Below the pieces are notes generated by a model, which worked only from the letters and a program-made list of their open reading frames with translations, did not search any database and was not told the origin of the DNA. Both the position numbers and the translations under genes were made by a program. Shown here one piece after another: positions 34,990 to 44,783 of a DNA stretch of 49,168 bases (position 1 is the stretch's first letter; each line of letters starts with the position of its first letter). Source of the stretch: a virus (Duplodnaviria; Caudoviricetes); IMG/VR virus record IMGVR_UViG_3300037419_000207, positions 1 to 49,168 of that record, one strand, 5' to 3'.

Positions 34990-37031
34990 GCTCCGTTCGC
35001 GCATTCTTCATCTACTCCGTCCGATACCGCTTTAACCTCAGCCGCTAGGTACTCGGCTTCGGTGATCCGTTCGTAAGGTGCCTGCGGCATAGACGATTCA
35101 GGGAAGATGGTTGCACCCTTAAGACGTCCGCCGAACGGTTCAACCGTCGCCGCTACCAATTCGGCCCACTCTTCGACAGTGAAACCGTCCACCGGTCCGC
35201 GTAGGTTCGCTGTGTACGAAACAGCGTTATCCGCCCAGTGTTTCTGATACACGGCTTGCATCCCTAGCATTTCCTCTAGAGACAAATCATCGGCCGCCTG
35301 AACAATCCGGGTGTGCCCCGGGAATCGTCTCTCTACCTCTGCAATAAGCGAATCCTCAGTAGGAATAGATACCACCCAAGTGTTAGCCGCATATTGGTCT
35401 TCCTCCACTTCGTAACCGTCATTCGCGTAACGGAGAACCGTGTCCGCCTGGTCCGGGTCGAGCTGAGAGAACCGGATACGCCGAATGAAGTGCTTAGCGA
35501 AAATCGGGTGAATACCCTCACTCACTCCCGCGAGCTTCGCAATGGTCCCTGTAGGGGCCACTGTGCGAAGTTTGACCGGCACCGGTATACGAAGCTCCCG
35601 GGCGAACTCCGCTGCCTCACGATTGACATACGAAGCCATCCAACGGAGTTCGTCTCCGAAGTCCCGGCCGGTGGGTAGGTTCGGGTTGGTTACATCCGAA
35701 TACCGGATTCCTCGCATAGCGAGAAACGAAGCGGTACCCAAGTGACCAACACCGATACGCCGGTTACGGTCGAGCACTTCCCGACTCTTAGGGTCACTCA
35801 CCGGGGCGAAAGTAGCCCGGATAAGGAACCGGGTAATCAACCGGTGCGCTTCGCTAAGCGCAGTCCAATCTACCTCCCCGCGTTCATCCACGAATGCGGC
35901 AAGATTCACATGCCCAAGATTGCACGGCTCCCAAGCTTCAAGCGTTATTTCCCCACACGGGTTAGTGCAGATGACTTCGTTAGGTTCATCCTCGTTGCTA
36001 AGCGACGAATCCCAGAAGCCCGGCTCTCCGTTCTTAGCCATGCCTTCGGCAATGGCATTCATCACCAGCTGTGCATCCAGTTGGTGAATATTGTCTTCTG
36101 GGAGTCTCAGGCGTCGCCAGAACTCCGAATCGACCTCAACACTGATATTGGTTGTCCAGTGTGAACCCGAGTCAGACTTAATCCGGATGAACTCCCAAAT
36201 CTGTGGGTCTTGCCAATGCATCATTGCCATACGTGCCGACCGGCGGACACCACCGGCAACCACGCACTGAGCTATAGCGTGGTCAATCTCCATAGCGGAG
36301 ATACCGTCGATACCGCGACCAACACACTCGTTCAGGACTTCCGCGACCCGAATAAGCATCTGTGCCAACGGAACCGGGCCGGACGCAGTACCGCCGAAGG
36401 TTTTGAGCTTCGCTCCCGCCTGGCGGACCCGGGACACGTCGTACACCCGGTGGTAATGCTCCACATTCGGACGGTGGTAGGTGTCGATGAGGTCGACCAG
36501 CGCAGCCGCCCAGCCTTCGCGTGAGTCTTCGATCTGGAACGCGCCGGACCAATCAGCGTCATACCGCTCGGAAAGCACCCCAGCAGCCCTCAGGGCTTCG
36601 TAATCCGGGTGGTCGGTGTCGCAGACTACCTCTACCGAATGCGGGTGCTGTACAGGCGAATACGCTTCGAGATGCGAGTTCGAGTACGACGCACCTACCC
36701 CGCCACCTTCCATGAGCCGCATAAACGTAAACTCGAAGTGCACGGATGGAATCTCCGGGTCCCAGCCGCTAACCCAGCAATTGAACAGATGCTGGGCTTT
36801 CTTCACTCCGGAAGCCCACAAGTGCCGACCGGCCGGGAGAACCTTAAGCTCCGTCATGTAGTCGATAAGCAACTGGCGCTCATTCGGGAGATGATACCGC
36901 TCAGGTACTAGAGCTAGGTTACCGTCTACTACACGTTCTACGGTCTCCGGCCAGGTTTCTCTACTGCCATCCGGTTTAGTCCGGGCGTACGTCCGTTCGT
37001 AGACGATTTGGCCTGTCTCGGTGAACTTCAC
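34974..37031 (-). CDS. nrdJ: Class II (B12-dependent) ribonucleotide reductase
   Basis: [35 protein letters not shown] and C-terminal C..GACPI. Confidence 0.93.
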   Translation of the reverse strand: MKFTETGQIVYERTYARTKPDGSRETWPETVERVVDGNLALVPERYHLPNERQLLIDYMTELKVLPAGRHLWASGVKKAQHLFNCWVSGWDPEIPSVHFEFTFMRLMEGGGVGASYSNSHLEAYSPVQHPHSVEVVCDTDHPDYEALRAAGVLSERYDADWSGAFQIEDSREGWAAALVDLIDTYHRPNVEHYHRVYDVSRVRQAGAKLKTFGGTASGPVPLAQMLIRVAEVLNECVGRGIDGISAMEIDHAIAQCVVAGGVRRSARMAMMHWQDPQIWEFIRIKSDSGSHWTTNISVEVDSEFWRRLRLPEDNIHQLDAQLVMNAIAEGMAKNGEPGFWDSSLSNEDEPNEVICTNPCGEITLEAWEPCNLGHVNLAAFVDERGEVDWTALSEAHRLITRFLIRATFAPVSDPKSREVLDRNRRIGVGHLGTASFLAMRGIRYSDVTNPNLPTGRDFGDELRWMASYVNREAAEFARELRIPVPVKLRTVAPTGTIAKLAGVSEGIHPIFAKHFIRRIRFSQLDPDQADTVLRYANDGYEVEEDQYAANTWVVSIPTEDSLIAEVERRFPGHTRIVQAADDLSLEEMLGMQAVYQKHWADNAVSYTANLRGPVDGFTVEEWAELVAATVEPFGGRLKGATIFPESSMPQAPYERITEAEYLAAEVKAVSDGVDEECANGACPIR

Positions 37032-37243
37032 TTAGCGATCCTTAGTGCCTGCTGACGGTATCCCGCGCTAATAGTCTTCGCGTTAACGGTGAAAGCCATC
37101 CCCTCAAGCAACCGGAGAAGATCACCGGCATAAATCTTGAATACCTCTCCGGTCTCCACGTCCCGGAACATGGGCAAGCTAGCCCCGCTCCGCGCGTAGG
37201 AAGTTGTTACCGGCTCGATAGTCCGCTCTTTGAAGTCGCTCAC
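37028..37243 (-). CDS. Hypothetical protein
   Basis: GTGA overlaps; resembles its neighbour 37240-37473. Confidence 0.6.
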   Translation of the reverse strand: MSDFKERTIEPVTTSYARSGASLPMFRDVETGEVFKIYAGDLLRLLEGMAFTVNAKTISAGYRQQALRIAK

Positions 37244-37473
37244 TTCGGGTTCTCCCCTTCGAATACGATCGAGCGCATTCCGCCCTTTTCGATTTCCCGC
37301 CAAAACCCGTCGAATTGTTTACCCTGTAACAACTTGATCAGCTGTTGCGGGAATATGACGTACTCGGTTCCGGTGTCGATATCCTCTAGAACGATGTGCT
37401 TCGATTTGTATGTTTTCCGTTGGCCGGATACAACCATCCGGCCGAAAAACGGCTTAGGTTTCTCCGGGGACAT
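37240..37473 (-). CDS. Hypothetical protein
   Basis: GAGAGGG RBS; overlap packing. Confidence 0.6.
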   Translation of the reverse strand: MSPEKPKPFFGRMVVSGQRKTYKSKHIVLEDIDTGTEYVIFPQQLIKLLQGKQFDGFWREIEKGGMRSIVFEGENPK

Positions 37474-38269
37474 AATCAGCCCTCTCATTCGGGTAAAGCT
37501 CCGGGCACACCGAAGCGCGGTAATTGTCGAGTCGAGCCATGCCCTGTAGGTCATGGTCGAAAATGTTCCAAACCGGATTAGGTGACGGCTCGGAAATAAC
37601 CCCGTGCGTGACCGGCAACGGGTCGGATTCGTAGAACGCCTCACGCTCTGCTGGATTGTCTATAAGCGCCAGGGCGATACTCGCGGTTGGATCGGACAAC
37701 CCACCCGAGCCCTTACGGGTGCTCGGGTCGATACGGATATCGTGCTTTTTATCGTGGTCACGCGCTTCGTCGCGCTGAACCTGGTTGACAATCTCGGTTA
37801 GCGCTCGGTGTGCGTCCTTAAGCGTCTGGCTCTCCGCGTTGCTCTGCGGAATAACCATCAGCACATACCGGGATTCCAGAGCGGTCGCATACCGGTGGTT
37901 GCGACTGCGAAGACGCTCCATAGCGACCGGCATAATCCGGTTGAGGTCCGTATTGGTACTACGCACCTTAAGGGAATCCTTAACCGATTCAATCGAGTAG
38001 ACAGCCTGCCCGGAGAACACATACGAATCGGACACGTCCGCACCGAGAATGTTGTTCGCCTGGTTGGTTGCGTACTTGATTGCTTCGGTCTGGTTATCGA
38101 AGCTCTCGAACTTCCGGCACACGTACGGGTTTTCGAGGTACCAGACCCACAGCGCATTCTCTACGTCGTCCGGCTCCAAGGTGGTAACCCACTTGGCATG
38201 TGCAGCCTTCGCAGCTTTACGGAACACCTTGCTTAGGTCGACTCGCGCCATTGTCAAGTTTTCGACCAT
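37454..38269 (-). CDS. Sigma-factor-like DNA-binding protein
   Basis: 'DDVENALWVWYLE' region-2-like motif; conserved position in cluster A-like right arms; alternative start 38251. Confidence 0.65.
   Translation of the reverse strand: MVENLTMARVDLSKVFRKAAKAAHAKWVTTLEPDDVENALWVWYLENPYVCRKFESFDNQTEAIKYATNQANNILGADVSDSYVFSGQAVYSIESVKDSLKVRSTNTDLNRIMPVAMERLRSRNHRYATALESRYVLMVIPQSNAESQTLKDAHRALTEIVNQVQRDEARDHDKKHDIRIDPSTRKGSGGLSDPTASIALALIDNPAEREAFYESDPLPVTHGVISEPSPNPVWNIFDHDLQGMARLDNYRASVCPELYPNERADYVPGET
38244..38258 (-). promoter_or_regulatory. Stoperator-like repressor site
   Basis: CTTGACAATGGCGCG on the minus strand, at a gene start. Confidence 0.65.
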
Positions 38270-39037
38270 TCATAGCTCCCAAGTTCGGCCGTCAACCGTG
38301 AAACGGTTACCGATCATCGGAATGATTGAAGGCGTTACGGTCTTACCGTCGATATCGAGCGTGGCAAAACCACGCTGCCAATTCGCGGTCCCGGATTTCA
38401 GGTAATCCGCTAGACGCTGGTCCATCATGTGACCAACCTCTACACCGGTTACCGTCTCGGTTTTACCGTCGTAGCCTCCCGTATCCGACATGATTCCGAG
38501 CCGGTGCGTGTGACCCATGATCACGGAGCGTTTGAACTTCTTAGCCGCGTTCAGAGCGGTAGCACCCGCGTTCTGAGAGAGCCGGATACCGCCCTTGTGG
38601 CCGTGCGTGGCAACCCAGCCGGGGGCGACGTCGTAGAACGGTCCTACGGTCTCGATACCGTACGAATCGAAGTCGCAGAGAACGTCCACGTCGAACGCCC
38701 GGGTACCCGACAGCGCGGGAGAATACTTCTCCAAATACTCTTTCGGGCGGAGGTCATGGTTACCAGGAATCAACTTAGTCGGTTTGTCCGGGTACACCTT
38801 CCGGAGTGGGTCGAACAAGTCCCGCTGAGCAATCCGCACATCGGCGTAGATTGAGCCTTCGAATTCGCCCCGGGTGTCTTTGTTCCAGCGCGACGGCTGC
38901 GGGAAGTCGAGTACATCCCCGGTCATGAGTACTTCGTCCGGCTGCGTATCCCCAATGAACCGGATAATCGCCTTGACGGCTTTCCGGTCATGGTAGGGGA
39001 TATGCACATCCGGAATGATTACGATTCGCTTATTCAT
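38270..39037 (-). CDS. Metallophosphoesterase (Bxb1 gp47-like; possible recombination directionality factor)
   Basis: PDVHIP, GDVLD, GNHD, THGH and GHTHR calcineurin-like motifs. Confidence 0.88.
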   Translation of the reverse strand: MNKRIVIIPDVHIPYHDRKAVKAIIRFIGDTQPDEVLMTGDVLDFPQPSRWNKDTRGEFEGSIYADVRIAQRDLFDPLRKVYPDKPTKLIPGNHDLRPKEYLEKYSPALSGTRAFDVDVLCDFDSYGIETVGPFYDVAPGWVATHGHKGGIRLSQNAGATALNAAKKFKRSVIMGHTHRLGIMSDTGGYDGKTETVTGVEVGHMMDQRLADYLKSGTANWQRGFATLDIDGKTVTPSIIPMIGNRFTVDGRTWEL

Positions 39038-39507
39038 GAAACCTCTTCGAATGGTCCGGACCGGTTTACAGCGTCACTAGTCGCGTATGTCTGCTGCCAA
39101 CCATCACCGGGGCTCTGGTAGAACACGCGCAGTTCGTCTCGGTACCATTTGTCACCGTACTTATCGACAACGACTACGCCCGATGGCACATCGCTAAGCC
39201 GTCCGTAGACGTTCGGTTTCTTAGTAAACCCTGCGATTACCTGAGTTACCGAGTCATCGGTACCGGACTCGATACGCCGAATCTCGCGGTTGATATACCA
39301 CTGAGCCTTACGAAGGTCTTCCAGTTCGGTGTCCGGGTTCTTCTTACCGGCCCGAGCGATGTACTTAACCGCGTTACCGCGATTGAAATTCAAGTGCTCG
39401 GTAATGTCGATAACCTCAGCACCGTTAGACCATCCATCGGCGTAATGAGACGGGTGATCAACGTTGTCTCCGCCAGGGTTAGCGGTTGTGTCGTAGATAT
39501 CGGTCAT
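39034..39507 (-). CDS. DUF3310 (SaV-like / nucleotide-kinase-like) protein
   Basis: VDHPSHY, FNRGNAVKYIARAGKK and EDLRKAQWYI motifs. Confidence 0.85.
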   Translation of the reverse strand: MTDIYDTTANPGGDNVDHPSHYADGWSNGAEVIDITEHLNFNRGNAVKYIARAGKKNPDTELEDLRKAQWYINREIRRIESGTDDSVTQVIAGFTKKPNVYGRLSDVPSGVVVVDKYGDKWYRDELRVFYQSPGDGWQQTYATSDAVNRSGPFEEVS

Positions 39508-39710
39508 TAGACGTACTCCCCCTCGATTCCGTCCACGGTGGCCGCTGCGGTAATTTCTTCCATCGGCCCAAAGGCTCCAATAATGTCCTCAACCGCGTTG
39601 TAAAGCGTCGCTCGCCAATTGCCCGAGTCCGGGAATCGGAAGCCCCAAACACCATGGTGGAATTCCCAGATATACCCGCCGTCGTCTATATACCGCTTAG
39701 TGATGTCCAT
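39507..39710 (-). CDS. Hypothetical protein
   Basis: 1-bp overlaps; 'DDGGYIW...FGPMEEI' motif. Confidence 0.6.
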   Translation of the reverse strand: MDITKRYIDDGGYIWEFHHGVWGFRFPDSGNWRATLYNAVEDIIGAFGPMEEITAAATVDGIEGEYV

Positions 39711-40375
39711 TATTTGATCCGCTCCAATAGCGCTTTAGGTCCCTCGCTAACGACGAGAGAGTTAACGTCTTGCTTATCCGGCATCGGGATAATCTTCGAA
39801 TTAGGCAGCGTCTTAGCTACCGTCTCAGCGAACTTAATTCCGGGTGCGTCTCCGTCCGCGAAGATATACACGGTTTGGTATCCGAGAAACGGCTCCCGGA
39901 AATGCGGCTGCCAAGAAGTAGACCCCGGAATACCGACCGTAGGAACACCACAAATCGACGCGGTAAGCGCGTCTAGCTCACCTTCGGAAATACCTACAGT
40001 CTCGGTGTCCTGTAGCAACGCAAGCGTGTTGTACATACGCGGCCGGTCATGCGCTACGGTGCGGTACTTACCGTGTTTCAGCGCTTTACAATCGTGGTCT
40101 TCGATGCAGCGGAACCGGACCGAGACGACATCCCAGCCGCCCTCAGCGGAGCGGCGAAGATACGGAATAGCGAGCATCCCCCGGTACTGCTCATGACCAA
40201 TTAGTGGGTCGGCCACGTATCCCAAGCGGAATTTGTTTATCTCCTGAATCACCGAATCCGCTTGCAGCCCCCGATTGTCCAAATACTCTGCGGCAACGCT
40301 CCCCGGTAGCGCTGCGTGGTATTTCGTCGTAGCTTCCCGGAGATATTCGCGCTGCGATTGCGACAGCCTCTCGAT
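39710..40375 (-). CDS. DNA primase, TOPRIM part (probable non-canonical ATC start or recoding)
   Basis: ISEGELDA and FADGDAPG TOPRIM motifs; frame extends upstream as ERLSQSQREYLREATTKY, resembling the L5 gp57-like N-terminus. Confidence 0.85.
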   Translation of the reverse strand: MERLSQSQREYLREATTKYHAALPGSVAAEYLDNRGLQADSVIQEINKFRLGYVADPLIGHEQYRGMLAIPYLRRSAEGGWDVVSVRFRCIEDHDCKALKHGKYRTVAHDRPRMYNTLALLQDTETVGISEGELDALTASICGVPTVGIPGSTSWQPHFREPFLGYQTVYIFADGDAPGIKFAETVAKTLPNSKIIPMPDKQDVNSLVVSEGPKALLERIK

Positions 40376-40586
40376 AGCTACAGCCCTCCTTGTATCGAAT
40401 TAGCTTTATGGCATCACCCTTAACCCCGCACCCGAAGCAATTGAAAGCGTCGTATTCGTAGGACACGGTTGCACTCGGGTTAGTTTCGTCGTGAAACGGA
40501 CAGATGCATTTCACCCAGAGCCGCCCGGTGTTAGCGGGCGGCGTCCATGACGGGTAGTAATGCTGAATTACGGCAGCAATACCCAT
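40191..40586 (-). CDS. DNA primase, CHC2 zinc-finger part
   Basis: CPFHDETNPSA and FNCFGCGVKGD. Confidence 0.88.
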   Translation of the reverse strand: MGIAAVIQHYYPSWTPPANTGRLWVKCICPFHDETNPSATVSYEYDAFNCFGCGVKGDAIKLIRYKEGCSYREAVAIAARISPGSYDEIPRSATGERCRRVFGQSGAASGFGDSGDKQIPLGIRGRPTNWS

Positions 40587-40598
40587 AAAGCGACCTTC

Positions 40599-40895
40599 TT
40601 AGGCGACGGTGTAACCGGCCCGGCTAAGCGCTTCGGCGTGGTCGAGACCGAAAGCGAAGTACTCCGGAGAGACAGCGCCGATCATCCCCGCCTCATCGGC
40701 GGCGAAGATTGCGGAGTGATCGGTACCGGTCTCCGGGTCTGGTGCGACGGACACAACAACGTAGTCGTAGAGACCCGGAATCGGAATAAGGAAATCGGTG
40801 TAAACGATCGGATCGCTGAGCCGGTACAGACGCGCGTCGCCCTTCCAGCCGTCAGCGTCGGTCAGAGTCCGGATGAATTCAGCGGTTTTGCTCAT
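40599..40895 (-). CDS. Hypothetical protein
   Basis: AAAGGA RBS; 'ARLYRLS.P...YVVVS...IFAAD...DHAEAL..AGY' motif. Confidence 0.7.
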   Translation of the reverse strand: MSKTAEFIRTLTDADGWKGDARLYRLSDPIVYTDFLIPIPGLYDYVVVSVAPDPETGTDHSAIFAADEAGMIGAVSPEYFAFGLDHAEALSRAGYTVA

Positions 40896-40910
40896 GATTG
40901 GGATTCCTTT

Positions 40911-41333
40911 TCAGTGGTTTGGAACGACACGTTCGCCGATAATCGCGAACGCTGGCGGATTGATTAGGTACCCGTGGCCGCGTAAGAACGCTTCTGGCTC
41001 GTCCCTGAAATGCCCGAGTACGTCTCTATTGCATTGCTGACAGAGAAGACCACGAATACGCCCGGTTCGGTGGCAGTGGTCGACTGAGAGCTTTTTACGG
41101 TCCTTAGCCCGGAACCGGCCACAGATATAACACTTGCCGTTCTGAGCGTCGTAAAGTAGCCAATATTCGGCGGTAGATAGTCCGTATGTATCTAAGATGT
41201 GCTTAGACCAGGAATAGTCACGCTTATTGAACCTCCGTGCCCTGCGGTGCGTGGCACACAGCAAGGGCTTACCGGTGGCTTTCCGACGGGTGGTTACTCC
41301 CTCTTTCTGACAGTCAATGCATGTCGGTGTCAC
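40911..41333 (-). CDS. Endonuclease VII (Holliday junction resolvase)
   Basis: YGLS..EY, Q.GKCYIC, LSVDHCH.TG.IRGLLC..CN. Confidence 0.9.
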   Translation of the reverse strand: MTPTCIDCQKEGVTTRRKATGKPLLCATHRRARRFNKRDYSWSKHILDTYGLSTAEYWLLYDAQNGKCYICGRFRAKDRKKLSVDHCHRTGRIRGLLCQQCNRDVLGHFRDEPEAFLRGHGYLINPPAFAIIGERVVPNH

Positions 41334-41536
41334 AACTTCGGACCGTCGTGGAAGTCCCACGTTCGGCCGGTCGGATCGGTGTGCGGTCCGTCGTGTGCGA
41401 ATTCGAGCACGCAATGAATTTTGAAGCTGTGCAGCCCCCGCGCTTCCGGAGGTCCGGTGAATACGTTCTTAGTCCGGACCCGGTACCCGTAACACGGGAT
41501 AGGTGGCTTCATTTCGTCTGGGATACTCTGAGCCAT
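41330..41536 (-). CDS. Hypothetical protein
   Basis: C...C.L...HDGPH metal-binding pattern; overlap packing. Confidence 0.55.
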   Translation of the reverse strand: MAQSIPDEMKPPIPCYGYRVRTKNVFTGPPEARGLHSFKIHCVLEFAHDGPHTDPTGRTWDFHDGPKL

Positions 41537-41543
41537 TGTCAAG
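41529..41543 (-). promoter_or_regulatory. Stoperator-like repressor site
   Basis: CTTGACAATGGCTCA at a gene junction. Confidence 0.8.
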
Positions 41544-42350
41544 TTAAACACCTACCAAATCGGTTAGTTGCATGTGTTCGCCGTCGAATTGAAGCTCAGC
41601 GAATGACCGCCCCGAAGCGTCGGTCCGGCCGCTGCGTTGCTTCACGGTGGAGACACGTATAAGCGTCGGACCGTAATCCGAGACAACCCGATGCATAGTG
41701 AGCACCATTTCCGGAACACGACCAATCTGGCCTTTGAGTCCCGAGAGCGGAATCGGTTTGTCTCCGTTGTTGTACTCGCCGGTGACGTGATGCAGACCCA
41801 TCACGAAAGCGCCTGTACCCCTTGCCATGTCGTGCAAGTAGTCCATAAGCGATTCGAGCCCCGCGAACGCATCTGAATCGTTAGCGGCTGTTCCGGTCCG
41901 AACGTTCGTGATGTTGTCGACAATGATCATTGCCGGGTAATCCCCGTAGACCTCATCGTACGAATCAACCAGCGTTTCGATTCGGTCGAGACTCGGCGAA
42001 GAGTCGTACGCGAACCGGATGGGGATGCCCGACATAGGCGTAAACGCCTCTGAGCGGTTCTCTCTCGTGAGTCTTTTCGCTTCCGCGTAGTTGCACCCGG
42101 AGAGGATAGAAACCGACCTAGAAACCTGCGTGAAGGCGTCGGAGTCAGCCGAGATGTACAAGCACGGAACCCGAGCCTTAAGCGCGTACGTGAGGGCAAA
42201 CACGGACTTGCCGGTGCCTGGTCCGGCTGCGACTAGCCCGAGCTGGCCCCGGAGGAACTGGGTATCGTTCTGCGCCAGCGCTTCGAACACCACCGGCAAC
42301 GGCTCTCCGGCCGGACCTCGGATACGCGATGACTGTACAAGCGTGTACAC
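41544..42350 (-). CDS. DnaB/RecA-like helicase (L5 gp65-like)
   Basis: AAGPGTGKS Walker A, YISADSD, IIVDNIT, LHHV, GQIGRVPE. Confidence 0.9.
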   Translation of the reverse strand: MYTLVQSSRIRGPAGEPLPVVFEALAQNDTQFLRGQLGLVAAGPGTGKSVFALTYALKARVPCLYISADSDAFTQVSRSVSILSGCNYAEAKRLTRENRSEAFTPMSGIPIRFAYDSSPSLDRIETLVDSYDEVYGDYPAMIIVDNITNVRTGTAANDSDAFAGLESLMDYLHDMARGTGAFVMGLHHVTGEYNNGDKPIPLSGLKGQIGRVPEMVLTMHRVVSDYGPTLIRVSTVKQRSGRTDASGRSFAELQFDGEHMQLTDLVGV

Positions 42351-42527
42351 CTACTCGTAGCCCCATTTCATGTAGTCAAGGAACTGGATGTAACGGGTTG
42401 CTACCCGGTCCCGATAGCTAAAGCTCGCTTTCGGGAGGTATGCCGGGCCATCGGGCCGATGCCGCCGGATCAAAACCGTGTGAATTGACCGGCGGTAGAT
42501 TTCATTCCGGGAAGTGCGCTCACTCAT
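42351..42527 (-). CDS. Hypothetical protein (58 aa)
   Basis: Fills the gap; AAGGA RBS. Confidence 0.5.
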   Translation of the reverse strand: MSERTSRNEIYRRSIHTVLIRRHRPDGPAYLPKASFSYRDRVATRYIQFLDYMKWGYE

Positions 42528-42726
42528 TCTTAAGCCGTTCCTTAGCTTCCTTGCACAAGTTGAGAACTTCCGTCACGGTCTCGGTTACGTGAATTAACCC
42601 ATAATCGAGCGCCAGGCCCGTGCAATCCCCTAGGTGCTGAATAGCGTTGATTGCTAGCGGGTTGATCCAGATAACCGGCTGTTTCGGGTCCGAATAGTCG
42701 TGGAGTCGGATAAACGCTAGATCCAT
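42520..42726 (-). CDS. Hypothetical protein (FlbD-like small beta domain)
   Basis: 'FIRL...WINP..I..I...V.ET..EV' pattern; AGGAGAG RBS. Confidence 0.6.
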   Translation of the reverse strand: MDLAFIRLHDYSDPKQPVIWINPLAINAIQHLGDCTGLALDYGLIHVTETVTEVLNLCKEAKERLKNE

Positions 42727-42878
42727 TAGACCGGCTCTCCTGTCAGCTTCTCGATATACGAAAGAACCGCATCACGAACAAAATCCAGCAAATGACTGTC
42801 ACCGTTGATTTGCATCGCTTTATCGGCCGCTTCACGCTCGAAACGGTCGAACTCAAGTAGTTCCAGAATGTTGTCCAT
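42726..42878 (-). CDS. Hypothetical protein (50 aa)
   Basis: AAAGGAGG RBS; 1-bp overlap. Confidence 0.6.
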   Translation of the reverse strand: MDNILELLEFDRFEREAADKAMQINGDSHLLDFVRDAVLSYIEKLTGEPV

Positions 42879-42888
42879 GACCCTCCTT

Positions 42889-42903
42889 TGAGCCAATGTC
42901 AAG
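42889..42903 (-). promoter_or_regulatory. Stoperator-like repressor site
   Basis: Perfect CTTGACATTGGCTCA, intergenic. Confidence 0.8.
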
Positions 42904-42905
42904 AT

Positions 42906-43688
42906 TTACGCCGCAAATTTGCACGACGAAGCCACGGAGCAAAACCGGCACTTGGCCGGTTCGGGGTCCGGGTCGAAGTCTTCCATAAGAACCCCGTCGT
43001 TCATTTCGCCGAAAGCGTCGGTAAGCCGTTCCTCAGACCACGCGGCTAGCTCGTAATCCATCGTGGGTTTACCGGTCTTACCCATCCAATACCGACCCCG
43101 CCGGATGTTGGTACCGTAAGTCTTGTTCAGCGCTACCGCGTAGGTAGCAAGCTGGAACTCATCACCGGGCAGGTTCCCAGTTTTGTTGTCAATAACCAAC
43201 GGGTCAGGAAGACCGACCCTCATTACTGCGTCGATATAGCCTTTGACCCGAACACCGTCCAACTCGATATCGAAGCCAAGTTCGATACCCGGGGTTCCGT
43301 CCGGGGCAATCCAGATAACCTCTTCCGGGTGTTTCTCGTACCAATCGACGTATCGGGCGCACTGGTCTAGCCCGAGCTGGTACCGACGCTCGGTGTCCGC
43401 CCGGCCCCCGTAGGGGCCGCTCGCGAACCACGAATCGAAGTCCGGTTCTTCCTCGCACATCCGGTTAATCTCCCGGTCGTACTCGGCGGTATACACGTCT
43501 TCCATCTCAGCCAGCGTTAAAGCCCTCTGAGAGCGTTCGTAAGCCTCGAACGCTGCGTGGTCGGCAATACCTTGCGCCAACCACGCTGCGGGCCGCTGGG
43601 GGCACCGTAGGACACGTTCGAGGTAATACCGGTACGGACAGTCTGTGTACGTCTTGTACTGCGACACGGACCGGTAGGCAACGGTCAT
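42906..43688 (-). CDS. Cas4/RecB-family PD-(D/E)XK exonuclease
   Basis: SVSQY..Y..CP, KGYIDAV, DNKTG, QLATY, C-terminal CRFC....C. Confidence 0.9.
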   Translation of the reverse strand: MTVAYRSVSQYKTYTDCPYRYYLERVLRCPQRPAAWLAQGIADHAAFEAYERSQRALTLAEMEDVYTAEYDREINRMCEEEPDFDSWFASGPYGGRADTERRYQLGLDQCARYVDWYEKHPEEVIWIAPDGTPGIELGFDIELDGVRVKGYIDAVMRVGLPDPLVIDNKTGNLPGDEFQLATYAVALNKTYGTNIRRGRYWMGKTGKPTMDYELAAWSEERLTDAFGEMNDGVLMEDFDPDPEPAKCRFCSVASSCKFAA

Positions 43689-43966
43689 TACGCCACCCCC
43701 GGAATTAGATACGACAGCATCCGAGCCTTACGGAACAGCATCATTCGGTCGTATTGCTCGACTTCGGCCAGTAGGACAGCACCGGTGTCGCGTACGAATT
43801 CGCGAATCTGAATCAGCGCAGGGTGGTTCGGACTGTTATCCGTCCACACCGACTTATATACGAAAAAGAATGTGTCTACGCCACACTGAACCGTGCGGGT
43901 GTACAAAAGGCATTCGACCGATACCACAATTCCCGTAGCGGCAATCCCGAGCACCGATGATGTCAT
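43688..43966 (-). CDS. Hypothetical protein (L5 gp70-like position)
   Basis: AAGGAAG RBS; between repressor and exonuclease. Confidence 0.55.
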   Translation of the reverse strand: MTSSVLGIAATGIVVSVECLLYTRTVQCGVDTFFFVYKSVWTDNSPNHPALIQIREFVRDTGAVLLAEVEQYDRMMLFRKARMLSYLIPGVA

Positions 43967-43974
43967 GTTCTTCC

Positions 43975-44463
43975 TTAAGGCACGCTTAAGGGGCGTGCCC
44001 AAATAAACTCACCCTCCGGGGTAAGTGGCCGTGAGTATTCATTAAGTCGAATACAAAGATTATCGTCGGATTCTTCCCGAGCGTGGTATTCGAACCCGGT
44101 ATTCGGGTTGAACTCCAGAACCGAATCATCCCGGAGCAATCGGCGGTGGAAACTACGCACCCGCTTTAGCTCTGTGTCTCGCATACCTTCCCCGCCGGTC
44201 TCCACATACCGAGCGTGTGCGAGCAAGTACCGGTAAGCGGACTCGTTACGGAATTGGCTCGGAACCGCCCACGGCATGTTCTCATGCACGGTTTTCCTAG
44301 CAGCGTCCCAATGAATCCCGTAACGGTTCGCCATATCCCACACGGCTTGCCGGGAACAACCGACCTCATCGGCTATCGCTTGTGGCCCGCGACCTTTTGC
44401 GAACTCTGCCCGAATAAGATCGGGAGAGAGACCGGGCCGGTTGTTCTTCGGTGTGTTCGCCAT
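43975..44463 (-). CDS. Immunity repressor (L5 gp71/Bxb1 gp69-like)
   Basis: N-terminal HTH 'PQAIADEVGCSRQAVWD', MPW.VP, H..YV.TGG.GM, VLEFNP and DNLCIR.NEY motifs. Confidence 0.9.
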   Translation of the reverse strand: MANTPKNNRPGLSPDLIRAEFAKGRGPQAIADEVGCSRQAVWDMANRYGIHWDAARKTVHENMPWAVPSQFRNESAYRYLLAHARYVETGGEGMRDTELKRVRSFHRRLLRDDSVLEFNPNTGFEYHAREESDDNLCIRLNEYSRPLTPEGEFIWARPLSVP

Positions 44464-44472
44464 GTTGCATAG

Positions 44473-44500
44473 CTTGACAATGTACTGAGCCACGGTCAAG
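44473..44500. promoter_or_regulatory. Pair of opposed degenerate repressor sites upstream of the repressor gene
   Basis: CTTGACAATGTACTG (+, 44473) and CTTGACCGTGGCTCA (-, 44486-44500). Confidence 0.6.
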
Positions 44501-44783
44501 CGGTGGGAATAAAGAGTACTTGACTTCGGTTTATCCCGCTTCGCGGAAGCTAACCCCTCAACCTGTGCTAACGCTGTTAACCATCGCCCCTGCTACCTGT
44601 CTGCTAGTGACCATCACCACACGTGATGTCCGTTTCCTATCGTCCGCAAGGTATCTCTTAGCAAGCTCTCAGCGTTAGGTGTTGAGACCTAATCGTTACC
44701 TAAAGTAACGTTTGCCAAGTGTTGACCAGGGTTTTTCCGGCAAACTAGGGACTAAGGTCCCTTAGTGAAAAGGAACCTTTCAA

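Noticed and set aside
42906-43688. CRISPR-Cas system suggested by the Cas4-like gene
   Set aside because: No repeat-spacer array or other cas genes; solo Cas4/RecB-like exonucleases are routine in these phages
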